Source of the DNA: Candidatus Aenigmatarchaeota archaeon
GTDB lineage: Archaea > Aenigmatarchaeota > Aenigmatarchaeia > CG10238-14 > SCSR01
Reading direction: 5' to 3'
Assembly: GCA_016187415.1 (NCBI GenBank)
Contig: JACPJT010000007.1
Span: 68,821 to 132,820, forward strand
Length of the DNA stretch: 64,000 nucleotides
Positions 28,240 through 38,455 of this stretch are shown here, in pieces. The first letter of the stretch is position 1; the number at the start of each line of letters is the position of its first letter. Made by a program: the position numbers and the translations under genes. The notes beneath the pieces were generated by a model, which searched no databases, was not told the DNA's origin, and was given only the letters and a program-made list of their open reading frames with translations.

Positions 28240-30228
28240 TCAGCCGGCGTTATATTTGCAAATGCCATCGGCCCAAGTGCATTTCGATGATGATAATTTG
28301 TTGCAGTCATCCTGATTGAAGTTCTCGCATATAGGATATACTGCCAACGACTTTGTATCATCTATAGATCTGGTGGGGCAATAATACGGCAGAGACGAAT
28401 ATTGGTTATTTAACTCCCGTGCTTTTTGGTAATCTTCATTCGCAGATATCGTTAATTTCTTAACATCGGGTGATGTCGATTGAATTTGCGAGTACGTGTA
28501 ATCAATGTCAACTTTGACAGGCACTGTTTTTGATGGTCCGGTGACCTGGGAACTTGCAGAATCTTTAACATTTACATCGCAGGCAACGCTAACACTTCCC
28601 TTCCCAATTGATAATCCAACAGGCTTGGCGCAACTTGTTAAAGTAACACTTCCATCACTCAACAAGTTAATTTCTTTATCTTTCTCCAGCTTTGTCAAAT
28701 CTTTATCGTTAACAAAAACAGAAGTTGTAGTAACAATGCCATCGCCATCATTCCTAATATCTATGAACATTTTTTTGGCTATGCTTTTCCCGTCGAATGT
28801 ATGAATGCTTGGAACAAAATACGTTGTAACAGTGACGGGTCCTGCACTGCTTTTTATAGTCGGCGTTAATGCAGGTTTTGGTGCGGTTTTAGCTAAAAAG
28901 AATGCTCCACTGCCTTCCACACTGAAATCATAGGTCGACTTTAATTCTACCGTCGCCTTATCATTATCGGTGAAACAAAGGTTGTCCATAATGTTATAAT
29001 ATTGGTTCAATGTGCAATCACAGCTATTTTCGCCTGCATTATATCTATATTGTGCTACATCAACAGAACTTGCCACATCGGGCTTGATGGAATATTTGTA
29101 ATAGAATAAGTTCAGTGCATCCACACATGCTTGGCTACTCTTTGCTGCCTGATCGTTGTTGCATACTTTCTTAGCCTGGTCCTGATTTATGCCTTTAACA
29201 CTGACGCTTGACGGATAAAGTGGAACAAAACTCGGATCACCACCTACAACTTTTCGACAATCTATCTTATTTGTAAAGTCTATGGACACTGATCTTTCTT
29301 CTTCGGGTGAAATGTCGCCAATGCTAATTTTGCCGCTAGGCACACTACCGCACAATATCCTCTTGGTGCCGGTTCCGCTGTTTATGAAAATATTGCTGAT
29401 CGCGAAATTCTTCACAACCAATTTGGTGTCAATTTTATTCGGGTTTATGACAGAAACAGGCAGTACATAATCCAGTCTTGCGAACAATGTCGGCAACGAA
29501 TAGCTGTTGTCTCTGCTTCCAAATTTCAACTGAATTGCTTCAAATCCGCCCACCTTTTCAACTTTCGGCGTTAGTCCTGATGCCGATTGGATACATGCCG
29601 ATAATCCAGACGGCGATAAAACGTTTTTCATGTAGCAGGAGAATGTGTCTAATAATTCACCTATCTTACCAGTGGGGGATATTATGCGGCTCAACTCACC
29701 AGAATTAACCGTCCATCCAGTGGCAAATATCAGCATGAAAATTATTAATATCGTTCCGAAGCCAGTTGTGAAACTGCGTTTCGCAAGCAATAGGGCAATC
29801 CAGAAAGCCGTTGCTGCCGTAAACACATCTATTATGAAGCCGCTAAAGTTAGTCAGACTTGGTAATATGGTAGAAAGAATTAAGGATGCAACGCTTACAA
29901 GCCCGTCCCTGAATAAGGGCGATATCGAAAATATTATCAGTTCGAATATAATGGTGTATAAGATAGTTTTAATAATTTTCGCCGTATCGATTCCACCGCT
30001 AACCTTTGAAGACTTGTTAAGAAAGTCTAAAATTTTATTTTCTTCAGCCTTTTCAGGATTGGCGCTTTTCCCAGTATTTTGATTTTTCGACCATTTTTCA
30101 TATTCCCACTGGCCAAAAAGATCGTTAATTTTCTGCTTGTCAGCACCAGATTTCGCAAGCATGTCATTGGCGTCACCCCACCTTCCCGATAAGTACAGTT
30201 CTTTAGCTTTGTCTTCTATGTCCGCCAT
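28240..30228 (-). CDS. Membrane protein: cytoplasmic N-terminal region, 4 TM, then roughly 450-aa extracellular Cys-containing domain
   Basis: 662 aa. Convergent with the pilin operon. Confidence 0.4.
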   Translation of the reverse strand: MADIEDKAKELYLSGRWGDANDMLAKSGADKQKINDLFGQWEYEKWSKNQNTGKSANPEKAEENKILDFLNKSSKVSGGIDTAKIIKTILYTIIFELIIFSISPLFRDGLVSVASLILSTILPSLTNFSGFIIDVFTAATAFWIALLLAKRSFTTGFGTILIIFMLIFATGWTVNSGELSRIISPTGKIGELLDTFSCYMKNVLSPSGLSACIQSASGLTPKVEKVGGFEAIQLKFGSRDNSYSLPTLFARLDYVLPVSVINPNKIDTKLVVKNFAISNIFINSGTGTKRILCGSVPSGKISIGDISPEEERSVSIDFTNKIDCRKVVGGDPSFVPLYPSSVSVKGINQDQAKKVCNNDQAAKSSQACVDALNLFYYKYSIKPDVASSVDVAQYRYNAGENSCDCTLNQYYNIMDNLCFTDNDKATVELKSTYDFSVEGSGAFFLAKTAPKPALTPTIKSSAGPVTVTTYFVPSIHTFDGKSIAKKMFIDIRNDGDGIVTTTSVFVNDKDLTKLEKDKEINLLSDGSVTLTSCAKPVGLSIGKGSVSVACDVNVKDSASSQVTGPSKTVPVKVDIDYTYSQIQSTSPDVKKLTISANEDYQKARELNNQYSSLPYYCPTRSIDDTKSLAVYPICENFNQDDCNKLSSSKCTWADGICKYNAG

Positions 30229-30279
30229 TACACTCTAATTAAATCTGTATTCTTAGAAATAAATTAAGCCAGTCCATTA

Positions 30280-30759
30280 TCAGGTTCTTTTCAGTTCAAT
30301 GCTTCTTCTCAAGTGCTTGATATCGTCGTCCATTTTATCTATTTGTTTATGATAAGACGCGGATTCATGCGTTTTGCCGGTGCGGTCGGCCTTTTCAAGT
30401 TTTTCCAGTAGTTTCGCCCTTTTCTTTTCCAGGTCTTCCAGTTTCGCCCACTCGTCTCTCCAATCGCGCCCCTTTCTGATGCTGAACATAATGATACCTA
30501 TGACGAACAGCATGGAGAACGCCGCTATGACTGTTGTAGCACCAAAATACACAGCCAACTCAGACAGCCAGATGAAAATAGGGTTGTTTGCGATAAGCAC
30601 AGCCAGTGCCAGAGAGATAATTATGTTGATGTTGTTGCTGAATATCTTGATTAGCCTTAGCGAGCCGTAAAGCAGGAGGAAAACAAAAAGGAACGGTACG
30701 ACTAGTTTGTAAAGAACATCAGGGAACGGAAGCTGTATCAATTCTTCTAACGGCATCAA
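30280..30759 (-). CDS. Membrane protein with charged C-terminal coiled coil
   Basis: 3 TM followed by EWAKLEDLEKKRAKLLEKLEKADRT.... Confidence 0.35.
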   Translation of the reverse strand: MMPLEELIQLPFPDVLYKLVVPFLFVFLLLYGSLRLIKIFSNNINIIISLALAVLIANNPIFIWLSELAVYFGATTVIAAFSMLFVIGIIMFSIRKGRDWRDEWAKLEDLEKKRAKLLEKLEKADRTGKTHESASYHKQIDKMDDDIKHLRRSIELKRT

Positions 30760-30776
30760 AATAAGATTGTGATTTT

Positions 30777-31571
30777 ATGGTTAAGTATTTTGGTCCGGTC
30801 GGAAGATTTAAACATTCGCGACAAATAATTGTTATGGAAAAAGGTCAGGCATGGCTTCCGTGGATTATTTTCGGCGTTCCATTCGCTATATTCCTGTTTT
30901 TATTGGTATCGGGATTTGCGGCAAACCAGCCATACGAAATATCAAGTGCCCTTAGGCAAGGCGGTCAACTGCCCGAACCGCTTCAGCAACTTCTTACAGG
31001 GTTAAATGTGCCGCTGGAATGGCAGTACATACCCGCAATATTCTATCTTTTTGCGGTGCCATTTTTCTCGATAATGATAATAACATACGGATTTTTATCG
31101 CAACTCAACATATTTCAGTTTAACAATTTTATCAATTGGATACTCGCCTTCTTCATGACATTCTTGACATTGCCATTCAATCTTTTTGTCAGGATAGTTT
31201 ATGCGATGCTGGCTGCAATGGGCATGTACGGCGTATTCGCGTTCGGAGCACTTTTTGTTTTGGGTGTAGGATGGATTTTCTTACGGCAGTTGGGTCCAGA
31301 TAGATGGGGATATACCAATGCCGGTACTTATCAAGGTCTGAGATTGGAGGACAGATACAACAGAATGAGAACATGGCTCATTCATGCAAGAACGCAAAAT
31401 CATGCTCATGCAAATGTAGGCGAAATTACAACAGCATTAACAGAAGCTGATAATAATTGGGCAGGAAACCATCGTGAAGCAGCTGTCCACAGACTTAGTG
31501 CTGCCGTGGGTTTTGTTACAAATCCAGCACATGGATTTAATACAGTAGGATTAGGTCCAGCCCCGCGCTGA
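30777..31571 (+). CDS. Membrane protein, paralog A of a tandem family
   Basis: IPAIFYLFAVPFFSIMII...GVGWIFLRQLGPDRWGYTNAGTYQGLRLEDRYNRMRTWL aligns with ORF 31627. Confidence 0.4.
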   Translation: MVKYFGPVGRFKHSRQIIVMEKGQAWLPWIIFGVPFAIFLFLLVSGFAANQPYEISSALRQGGQLPEPLQQLLTGLNVPLEWQYIPAIFYLFAVPFFSIMIITYGFLSQLNIFQFNNFINWILAFFMTFLTLPFNLFVRIVYAMLAAMGMYGVFAFGALFVLGVGWIFLRQLGPDRWGYTNAGTYQGLRLEDRYNRMRTWLIHARTQNHAHANVGEITTALTEADNNWAGNHREAAVHRLSAAVGFVTNPAHGFNTVGLGPAPR

Positions 31572-31626
31572 TCGCGAAAATATTGAAATTTAAATAGATT
31601 AAAAATAATATGGATATGAGAGTAAT

Positions 31627-32319
31627 ATGGTAAACTGGGTTACATTCCTTGTCCTTTTCATTCCCATCGCGATTTTTACATTGATGGGTCTCCTAGGTTC
31701 TGTGGCAACTTATACAGTGCCAGATACAATGAGATCTGGAGAATTTTCGAATTTTTTAACATCTATCGGGATTCCGAGTGATTGGAACTATCTACCGGCT
31801 ATAATCTATTTGGGTGCCGTGCCATTTTTAGGCATATATCTGATAGTCGCGGCATTTATGCAAGAAATCCAAATTTTCAGAAACATAACATGGATCAACT
31901 GGATACTTCCGGCAATAATCGCAATTTCAACCATACCACTTGGGGTTTTCGTGCAGGCTGTGTATGTCATGTTTGCGACACTCGGGTCGTATAGTGTCGG
32001 CGCATTCGGAGTGCTTTACGTGTTGGGTGTCGGTTTTATTGTTTTGAATCGTGCACATGTATGGGGAACAGGTGCCCCAGGTTACCGTGGTATGAAATTG
32101 GAAAATGCCTACAATTATTATAAAAAGTGGCTTATCGATGTAAATGGGAATAATACAGGCAAGGCTTCTTTGAATATACCCGATGCATTAGCAGACGCCG
32201 ATAAAAAAATTCGTGCCGATAGCCTTGATAAGGCAGTAGAAATACTCGAAAAGAAGGCAATGGAGATCGACAATAAGAAAAATATTAACAAACAAAAACT
32301 CGAGCCACCTAGTTATTAG
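31627..32319 (+). CDS. Membrane protein, paralog B
   Basis: LPAIIYLGAVPFLGIYLI...GVGFIVLNRAHVWGTGAPGYRGMKLENAYNYYKKWL. Confidence 0.4.
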   Translation: MVNWVTFLVLFIPIAIFTLMGLLGSVATYTVPDTMRSGEFSNFLTSIGIPSDWNYLPAIIYLGAVPFLGIYLIVAAFMQEIQIFRNITWINWILPAIIAISTIPLGVFVQAVYVMFATLGSYSVGAFGVLYVLGVGFIVLNRAHVWGTGAPGYRGMKLENAYNYYKKWLIDVNGNNTGKASLNIPDALADADKKIRADSLDKAVEILEKKAMEIDNKKNINKQKLEPPSY

Positions 32320-32365
32320 TTGTATAATAGAAATTTGTTATTAATTCACAGATTAAATACTTATT

Positions 32366-32734
32366 ATGGATTTGTACGCAACAATAATCTCTGCAGTTAG
32401 CCAGGCATTGGGCATATCTGCAGAACTGCTAAAGTGGCCCAATGTAACCTATACATTGGTTCTGCCGTTTTTCCTATTTTCTTACGCCATATATCTCATT
32501 TTACAAGAAATGAAAATATTCTCGTCTTCGGGCTTTAATTTAGCACTGGGGTTTGTGATATCCTTTTCTTCCTTGATTATGATAACTTTCTTAAACTCAT
32601 TCTACGTTCCGTTTTCCCTCATTCTGATATCCACATTCAAAGTCCGTGGGACATGGGGCATTTTAATCGGCGCTGCACTAGCTTTTATCTATTTCGTTTT
32701 TGTCTACCCGTTTTTAGTCCACAACTTCCCATGA
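32366..32734 (+). CDS. Membrane protein, short paralog C
   Basis: Shares the LPFF..YAIYLILQEMKIFSS pattern with the N-terminal halves of paralogs A and B. Confidence 0.3.
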   Translation: MDLYATIISAVSQALGISAELLKWPNVTYTLVLPFFLFSYAIYLILQEMKIFSSSGFNLALGFVISFSSLIMITFLNSFYVPFSLILISTFKVRGTWGILIGAALAFIYFVFVYPFLVHNFP

Positions 32735-32774
32735 AACAGCACTAGCTTTTCTATTTCTTTACCAACAATAGATT

Positions 32775-33425
32775 ATGGGGTTCGAGGAAAGAAAGCGAAT
32801 GATTCTTAATCTGCAGTCATCGGGATACATAAAATCGCCCGCGGTTAAGAGAGCAATGTTAAAAGTGCTACGCGAGTTATTCGTACCTGAAGAATATCAT
32901 GGTCAAGCGTATGATGATACGCCGTTGCCCATTCCAGGCGGTCAAACAATAAGTGCGCCACATATGCATGCGATAACTTTGTCCGAGCTGAAATTGAAGC
33001 ATGGTGACAAAGTAATGGAAATAGGCGCAGGATCAGGCATACTTTTGGCGTATATCCGCGAAATGGTCGGAAACAAAGGAAAGGTAGTCGGGATAGAAAT
33101 CAATAAGGACGCATACAAATTCGGGAAAAGGAATCTGGACGAAGCTGGTTACAAAGACATTGTTTTAATTCGTGGAAATGGTTCGTTCGGATGTCAACAA
33201 TATGCGCCTTATGATAAAATCATCGTCAGCGCAGCGTCTCCTGACATACCCAAGCCACTGGTTGAACAGCTCAAGACGAACGGCATTATTCTGATCGTAG
33301 TAGGTTCTCCCGAAGGCGAACAGAATCTGATTAAGGTCAGGAAAATGACATCGGGAAAATTAATCAAAAAGGAAATCTTACCGGTAATATTCGTTCCGCT
33401 GAGGGGTAAACACGGCTGGAAATAA
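32775..33425 (+). CDS. pcm: Protein-L-isoaspartate O-methyltransferase
   Basis: GQTISAPHMHA, motif I EIGAGSGIL, and a C-terminal VPL motif are present. Confidence 0.85.
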   Translation: MGFEERKRMILNLQSSGYIKSPAVKRAMLKVLRELFVPEEYHGQAYDDTPLPIPGGQTISAPHMHAITLSELKLKHGDKVMEIGAGSGILLAYIREMVGNKGKVVGIEINKDAYKFGKRNLDEAGYKDIVLIRGNGSFGCQQYAPYDKIIVSAASPDIPKPLVEQLKTNGIILIVVGSPEGEQNLIKVRKMTSGKLIKKEILPVIFVPLRGKHGWK

Positions 33426-33452
33426 ATATAGATAGAATGCTATAATATCATT

Positions 33453-33794
33453 ATGGGGATTTGCCTTCCATTGTTTTCATTTTTAGCCAGCGTATACGTT
33501 AATGTACTGAAAGTGATGGTCCAGCTGTTTGCGGGTGGCGGAGGCACAGAAGCAATTTTAATTGCGTTCATTGGTTTTGCCGGTGTTATTTATGTATTCA
33601 CCAAATTCTTTGGTAAAATAGGACCGATGATATTAATCGGTGTCGGTGTTCTCGGCAGTCTAGTTACAGGTGGCGTGCTTTCTGTTCTTATTGTTATAGG
33701 TTTCATAGGATTGTTTGTCGGGCAGGCAACAAGCATCTTGCTGATGTCTCATGCGGCAGCCTTCGCACTTTCTGTAGCATGTTACGGAGTTTAA
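33453..33794 (+). CDS. Small membrane protein (113 aa)
   Basis: Hydrophobic, no motifs. Confidence 0.3.
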   Translation: MGICLPLFSFLASVYVNVLKVMVQLFAGGGGTEAILIAFIGFAGVIYVFTKFFGKIGPMILIGVGVLGSLVTGGVLSVLIVIGFIGLFVGQATSILLMSHAAAFALSVACYGV

Positions 33795-33899
33795 ATGGGG
33801 TCTAAGGGATTTGAACCCTTATCATTCGGTGTCTTCTTTCATCTGTTGTCAATTCTCCATGACAAAAAGTCTGGAGCCGAACGTTCTGACCAGGTTAAA
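33786..33899 (-). tRNA. tRNA-Trp (anticodon CCA) with a canonical 37/38 intron of about 40 nt
   Basis: Reverse complement gives acceptor GGGGTCT/AGACCCC + A73, anticodon stem TTCGG/CCGAA, loop CTCCAG|intron|A, and T-arm AGGGT-TCAAATC-CCTTA. The intron contains CATGGAG, complementary to the anticodon loop (BHB-forming). Confidence 0.65.
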
Positions 33900-33933
33900 C
33901 CAAGACCCCCTATTGTTAAAAATAAAAGTCAAT

Positions 33934-34557
33934 TTACTTAAGCTTAAAGAAAATTACAGCAACTATAAGACTGGGTATCATCACCGACAATAAATAAACC
34001 ATGCCCAATTCCAAGAAAAATCCATCTGGGTAAAGAGTTTTCAGAAAACTGTCTGATGGAAAACTGAAATTGTTTACAAAAGAGATTTTATGGAATAAAA
34101 GAAAGGCTGTCTGAAAATCCAAATAAGCAAATACTGCAATTAGTAATATTACTGAAAAAACAACAGCAGATGCAATTTTCGTCGATTTTATGATGAAATC
34201 TTTTCTGTCTGTTAGAAAGTAAGCGCTGAACATCAACATCGCCAAAGAAATACCGGCTATCGCATTGGAGTTATTTACAATATATCCGACGTCATTCATG
34301 TGGCTTGATTCATTTGCATTCAGAAATTCTAAATTCGAACCAGTCTTAAAAAATTCTATTATTCGATTATTGTAATTTTCCAAATCAGCAGGATTCATAT
34401 GGACATTACTATTTTTTTGCAAAACCAGCCACATACCATAACTAGACGATAAAATAGGAACACTCCACAAAACAAACGACAGGGATAATGATATAATAAA
34501 GACAGCTTTTAATAAAAAATCAAGATGCGAGGTTTCTCTCATAAATATGAAAGCCAC
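33934..34557 (-). CDS. Polytopic membrane protein (207 aa)
   Basis: 5-6 TM, no motifs. Confidence 0.35.
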   Translation of the reverse strand: MAFIFMRETSHLDFLLKAVFIISLSLSFVLWSVPILSSSYGMWLVLQKNSNVHMNPADLENYNNRIIEFFKTGSNLEFLNANESSHMNDVGYIVNNSNAIAGISLAMLMFSAYFLTDRKDFIIKSTKIASAVVFSVILLIAVFAYLDFQTAFLLFHKISFVNNFSFPSDSFLKTLYPDGFFLELGMVYLLSVMIPSLIVAVIFFKLK

Positions 34558-34637
34558 AGGTGGGAATTGAACCCACGACCTTCCGCTTGCCTGTGATGAC
34601 TACAGGGCGGGTGCTCTACCGTCTGAGCTACTGTGGC
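34552..34637 (-). tRNA. Intron-containing tRNA, possibly Thr (UGU); anticodon assignment uncertain
   Basis: Reverse complement gives acceptor GCCACAG/CTGTGGC + U73, D-arm GCTC..GAGC, and T-arm GTGGG-TTCAATT-CCCAC. It is about 13 nt longer than a standard tRNA between the D- and T-arms. A CCTGT/ACAGG hairpin, consistent with an intron, lies within the anticodon region. Confidence 0.5.
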
Positions 34638-34667
34638 ATAAAAATACTTTTACATCAAGCTTTAAAT

Positions 34668-35753
34668 CTAATCAAGAAATTCCTTATTCTTAATCTTATC
34701 GGGTATGTAATGGTCGGAAATGAATGTTATTCCCTTCGAAGCCAGCGCGGCCAGCTCAACTTTGCCGTTCAGTTCTTTCCACAACTTGAACTGTTTCTGC
34801 CATTCCTTATTGTCTTTGAACCAGTCATAGTTTTTCACCTGTTCCAATCTCTTGATGTCAACTTCTTCAAACTTGATTATATGTTTCTTCAAATCATACT
34901 TTACGACATCCTCTGCGGTGAGGCCAAGCATTCTGGCACCCGGTATGGCAAGTTCCTGCGAGATATGCGCCAAACTGATTGAACCGTATTTTATAACGGA
35001 GTAGATATATGCTCCCCACGGATCCCCGTCGACTAAAATGTATACAGGCAGCTTGTATTCCAGATGCAGCCTCTGCAATAATCTTCTGATGCCTCTAGTG
35101 GCCTGTCCTTGACTTGAAATAATTATACAATTTAATTTTTCCCATACTCGGTCTTCATGCAATCTTTCCCATTCTGCCGCCTTTTCCAGATAAATTATGA
35201 ATTTCGCATCGACTTTCTTGAAGACTATATCCTCTACATTGCTCGGTATCGACCATCCCCCAGAACCCAGCTTGCTCCAGTCTATCACATCGCCTTTGTC
35301 CTCTATCACAACCTTTCCAGCGATGGATCCCAGCTTGTTTGCGTTTACATGCAGCAACTCTCTTGATGCGCCTGTGATTAATTCAAGATCTTCTATCGCT
35401 TCGTTCGATTCTTCCTGCTCATCAACAAGATTTATGTTCGAATCCGGCAGAGTCCTTTTCATTCTGTAGAAGGCTTCTCTCAGGCTCAGATGTTTGTTCA
35501 TCTCATTCAATTCTTTTGCAAGCGCGGCAGCTTCAACGGTCTGAACGAATTTTCTGACATGACCGACATTAAAGAAATATCTTTTCGCCATTCCAGATCC
35601 CATCGTTATCATTTTCCGTGTCGGATCGTATTTCACATTCGACAGAGTCCTGATGGGCACGTCTAAAGAGGGATTCTCTCCCTTTTCAATATCGCCCGTT
35701 ACCTTACTTCCCAGTCGTTTCAGATTCTTTATCGTTTCCTGTTTCTTCTCCAT
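34668..35753 (-). CDS. top6A: DNA topoisomerase VI subunit A (Spo11-like)
   Basis: Toprim/5Y-CAP architecture. Carries KRYFFNVGHVRKF... and LHLEYKLPVYILVDGDPWG. Confidence 0.9.
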   Translation of the reverse strand: MEKKQETIKNLKRLGSKVTGDIEKGENPSLDVPIRTLSNVKYDPTRKMITMGSGMAKRYFFNVGHVRKFVQTVEAAALAKELNEMNKHLSLREAFYRMKRTLPDSNINLVDEQEESNEAIEDLELITGASRELLHVNANKLGSIAGKVVIEDKGDVIDWSKLGSGGWSIPSNVEDIVFKKVDAKFIIYLEKAAEWERLHEDRVWEKLNCIIISSQGQATRGIRRLLQRLHLEYKLPVYILVDGDPWGAYIYSVIKYGSISLAHISQELAIPGARMLGLTAEDVVKYDLKKHIIKFEEVDIKRLEQVKNYDWFKDNKEWQKQFKLWKELNGKVELAALASKGITFISDHYIPDKIKNKEFLD

Positions 35754-37299
35754 CTGTTTTCACTCCATTCCTTTTAACAATTTTTTCCAAGCCGGCAATT
35801 AACTTTTCCTTTTTGTCGTTGGTCAGTTTCTCCAGCGATTCGGCGAGTTCGGGTATGTACTTTTCAAACAATTCCCTTCTCATCTGGCCTTCTTTCATCT
35901 TGTGTTTTCTTCTTACATAAATCGCCAACTGCCTCCCGGCTTCCTGCAAAGCAAGCTTCATCTCTTTTATAATTTCTTCATAATTGGCTATGGCCTGTTT
36001 CCCTTCTGATGTGTAAGGCACCCAAACCGAGGCGAAGTGTATTAATATGGCGAGCTGCCCCTGCGGCAACTGGCCGGATGATTGCGAGAACGCGTATCTT
36101 CTCCAGTCTGTATCGATTACTGACTCGGTTGTAGCGCAGTCGCTGGCATGATACAACAACGGCATCTTGTTCGCAAATCTGAATAATTGTGCACCCCCTT
36201 CCTGTGGCAGCTCACCGCCGAACGCAAGCGCGCATTCTATTTCAAACGGGTTTCCCCTGTATACGCTCGGAGGTCTTGTCACAGCGACGACAAACTCGGC
36301 TTTCGTCTCCTTTCTCAATCCCTCTTCAAGCAACTTTTCGCCGAGCGGCGACAAACAATCCGTGGGAGGTCCTATCAACTTTACCATCTGCATCGCTTTG
36401 TGAAGTTCAACGGTTTCATCGTGCGTGATATCAACGGGTTTTTTATTCCCATCAAGTTTGGCGAGTTTCAAAATTTCCAAGGCCGAGTTTCTTCCGACTC
36501 TTGAAAAATCCGATGTGAGGAAACCCGTCAGGTTCCTGGAATTTGTGCCCGCAAGCATCCTTCTCAATAACCCGACTTCAACTCCATATGGATGGGGTTT
36601 TATTTCCCTAGGCAAAGGCGGCAATTCTTTCGCGCCTCTTTCAAATTCAATCTTTCCGGCTGGTCCGTCATAAATAATTTTCGCGTATGGGTTGCACATC
36701 GCAGTCTGCCTCAGGTATTCCATTACCGATTGTTTGCCTTCGATGTATCTGCCTTCAGTTTCGACTTCAATCTTGATTCCGTGCCATTTGTTCGGGTTTT
36801 TTTCCTGTTTGTGCGAAATTATTTTCGGCTCATTCTTATTGACGTCTATCATAAGTTCTATCTCGTGAATATCCTTGCCAATACTGGATGTTACCTTTGC
36901 AGGCTTGCCGGTTGTAAGTTGTGAATAAAGTATTGAACCTGAAGCGCCCAATCCCTGTGTACCACGGCTCATTTTTAACCTATGGAACTTGGAGCCGTAC
37001 AACAGTTTGCCAAATGCAAGCGACAACTTCTCCTCGACTATCCCGGGTCCGTTGTCTTCAACCCTGACCTTAAACCTGTCGGGCGCAACCTCCCTGACAA
37101 CAACCTTGACATCAGGCAGTATCCTTGCTTCCTCGCAAGCGTCCAGAGAATTATCGACGAACTCTTTAACGATTGTTATGAGAGCCTTTGTCGGGTTTTC
37201 ATATCCCAGCAGGTGCCTGTTTTTTTCAAAAAATTCGGCAACGCTTACGGCCCTCAATTGCTGGGCTAACTCTTCTGCAGTAATAATCCTTTCAGCCAC
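35704..37299 (-). CDS. top6B: DNA topoisomerase VI subunit B (GHKL ATPase)
   Basis: Bergerat-fold motifs EFVDNSLDA and DNGPGI. Overlaps top6A. Confidence 0.9.
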   Translation of the reverse strand: MAERIITAEELAQQLRAVSVAEFFEKNRHLLGYENPTKALITIVKEFVDNSLDACEEARILPDVKVVVREVAPDRFKVRVEDNGPGIVEEKLSLAFGKLLYGSKFHRLKMSRGTQGLGASGSILYSQLTTGKPAKVTSSIGKDIHEIELMIDVNKNEPKIISHKQEKNPNKWHGIKIEVETEGRYIEGKQSVMEYLRQTAMCNPYAKIIYDGPAGKIEFERGAKELPPLPREIKPHPYGVEVGLLRRMLAGTNSRNLTGFLTSDFSRVGRNSALEILKLAKLDGNKKPVDITHDETVELHKAMQMVKLIGPPTDCLSPLGEKLLEEGLRKETKAEFVVAVTRPPSVYRGNPFEIECALAFGGELPQEGGAQLFRFANKMPLLYHASDCATTESVIDTDWRRYAFSQSSGQLPQGQLAILIHFASVWVPYTSEGKQAIANYEEIIKEMKLALQEAGRQLAIYVRRKHKMKEGQMRRELFEKYIPELAESLEKLTNDKKEKLIAGLEKIVKRNGVKTDGEETGNDKESETTGK

Positions 37300-37794
37300 T
37301 TACACCACTTTGTTCTCTTTTAGAAATCTGTAAACACTATTGTGCTTGCTACCAAATAAAATCATTTCGACCGCGCCCCTCGCGATTTTAATGTTTTCCG
37401 GTTTTCCTATTATAGAAACAGTCTTGCCGTAGATTGCAATCTTAACCATGGACAATTTCTCTATCATTTTCTTTGTGACGCCGCCTTCGCCAATAACTCT
37501 TCCTATCAGTATACTCTGCCTTTTTTTAGATTTCCCGGCAAACTGGGATATATCAATGATGTCCAAAAAATAATCTTCATCAAGCAGGTCCAAAGTTTCT
37601 TCGAATAAAAACCCCCTACCAAAAGCTTTCAATATTTCTTTCACCCGAAGCACTTGGAACAAATCTCCGGTTATTTCTACATCTTCCTTGATATCCACAC
37701 CCACATCCAGGAATTCCTTAAGGCGTTCTTTCCACACATTCGACTTTCTCAGAATGGCCAGTCTTTCCTTTGGTATCGATAAATGTTCCATCAT
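37300..37794 (-). CDS. KH-domain RNA-binding protein
   Basis: KH GxxG-type loops (IGRVIGEGGVTKKMIE). Two KH-like modules. Confidence 0.55.
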   Translation of the reverse strand: MMEHLSIPKERLAILRKSNVWKERLKEFLDVGVDIKEDVEITGDLFQVLRVKEILKAFGRGFLFEETLDLLDEDYFLDIIDISQFAGKSKKRQSILIGRVIGEGGVTKKMIEKLSMVKIAIYGKTVSIIGKPENIKIARGAVEMILFGSKHNSVYRFLKENKVV

Positions 37795-38055
37795 ACACTC
37801 ACGCCTATTATTTACTTGGGAGCGATTTAAAGGTGTGCTATATTTTGCAGAATATAGTCAACAATCAAAACCAGAACACCGAATACCAGCGAGTTGGCTA
37901 TCAAATATGGCAACGAACCCATGAAAGATACGAGAATTCCGCCAATGATGTAAAACAGGAAGCTGGCTATGACACCGTCTAAGAACGCCCTCAACAAGCT
38001 TTTAAACATGTTCCATCTGAAGCTACTTGTGTTTCAGTCCTTAAAAATAACGCAT

Positions 38056-38376
38056 CTATTTTATGTAATTCTTTCTTCTAAGCCAGTTGGCTTGAGTTGA
38101 CGTATATCTGAAAACAATGTCCGCCCTTTCATTCGATTGCGCGCTCCACGGCTCCACCAAAACATAATCGCCGACTCTAATCCAGACTTTCTTTCTCAGC
38201 TTTCCCGGTATGCGGCAAATTCTTGTATTTCCATCATAGCACTTTACCCGCAGTTTGTCGCCGCCAAGCATCATTTCAACTACGCCCAAAATTTCTATTC
38301 CTCTGGGCATTCTGGTTCGGGATATTTCAATTTCTTCTTGAGTCAATTCAGGTTCTTTAGGCATGTTACCTCTCAA
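38056..38376 (-). CDS. eif1a: Translation initiation factor aIF-1A
   Basis: S1-like OB: GDKLRVKCYDGNTRICRIPGKLRKKVWIRVGDYVLVEPW. Confidence 0.85.
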   Translation of the reverse strand: MRGNMPKEPELTQEEIEISRTRMPRGIEILGVVEMMLGGDKLRVKCYDGNTRICRIPGKLRKKVWIRVGDYVLVEPWSAQSNERADIVFRYTSTQANWLRRKNYIK

Positions 38377-38455
38377 ATAGCTGTGTTCCCAAAACTATAA
38401 ATCTTTCATGCGATCGGGTCGGTTTAAATAAAGATGCATATTCATATTTTCACGT

